A stretch of 6,889 bases of DNA from contig NW_021829183.1 of assembly GCF_006345805.1 (NCBI RefSeq), positions 1 to 6,889 of the forward strand, read 5' to 3'. Numbering within the stretch: position 1 is the first letter of the stretch; every line of letters begins with the position of its first letter. The stretch is from Octopus sinensis. Lineage: Eukaryota. A model generated the notes under the pieces. It was not told where the DNA came from. It saw only the letters and a list, made by a program, of their open reading frames with translations, and did no database searches. This document shows positions 6,661 to 6,889 of the stretch, piece after piece. Both the position numbers and the translations under genes were made by a program.

Positions 6661-6889
6661 AATTATGTACGTCCTCCATTACTCCGTCAAATTCGTTGCT
6701 TAAAAGAAAGTTATTGTCTTAATGACATTAGATTTACAGCTGCCATCGTCGTCATAGTGAACCTTCATGGAGTAACTAAAACGAAATCACAATTAACTTG
6801 AATACATAGCGAGCGAATTAGGGACAGCTCACGTGCTCTGTCGACTCCCAAGAAATAATAGCTAAATGTCATCTAATCCTACCAGCCGT

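Noticed and set aside
29-6679. Numerous ORFs with YI, CV, YLSI or HT repeats (e.g. 29-256, 508-690, 1479-1703, 3854-4070, 5076-5424, 5694-6011, 6162-6679)
   Set aside because: These are translations of stop-free microsatellites and show no protein-like composition.
6835-6889. Possible start of another cephalopod interspersed repeat (TCGAC...AGAAATAATAGCTAAAT...)
   Set aside because: There is only a loose resemblance from memory, and the sequence is cut by the window edge.

Overview
This is AT-rich eukaryotic, repeat-dense, probably intronic DNA. Roughly 30% (my estimate by eye) is microsatellite or low-complexity sequence: (TA)n, (CA)n, (GA)n, (GATA/GACA)n and (CAT)n. The microsatellite load and two SINE fragments resemble what I recall of octopus/cephalopod genomes, so the host assignment is an inference. 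Five transposon relics are identifiable. (1) A 238-bp TA-flanked MITE with 66-bp TIRs (210-447). (2) A tRNA-derived SINE on the minus strand with a probable 29-bp target-site duplication (1239-1453). (3) A 3'-truncated Tc1/mariner element whose dead transposase has DD36E (Incomer-type) spacing (1601-2703). (4) The 3' half of a second SINE (4052-4271). (5) A complete-looking 510-bp non-autonomous Helitron on the minus strand (4486-4995). The best host-gene candidate is a 63-nt phase 2-2 exon on the minus strand (3230-3292) with good splice signals. All ORFs in the track other than the two transposase pieces and the part of ORF 3226-3579 covering that exon look like microsatellite or chance artefacts. 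I see no evidence of a new multi-gene system. The notable points are TE-level: DD36E spacing in a probable mollusc, the Helitron double hairpin, the long SINE TSD, and the candidate small exon.
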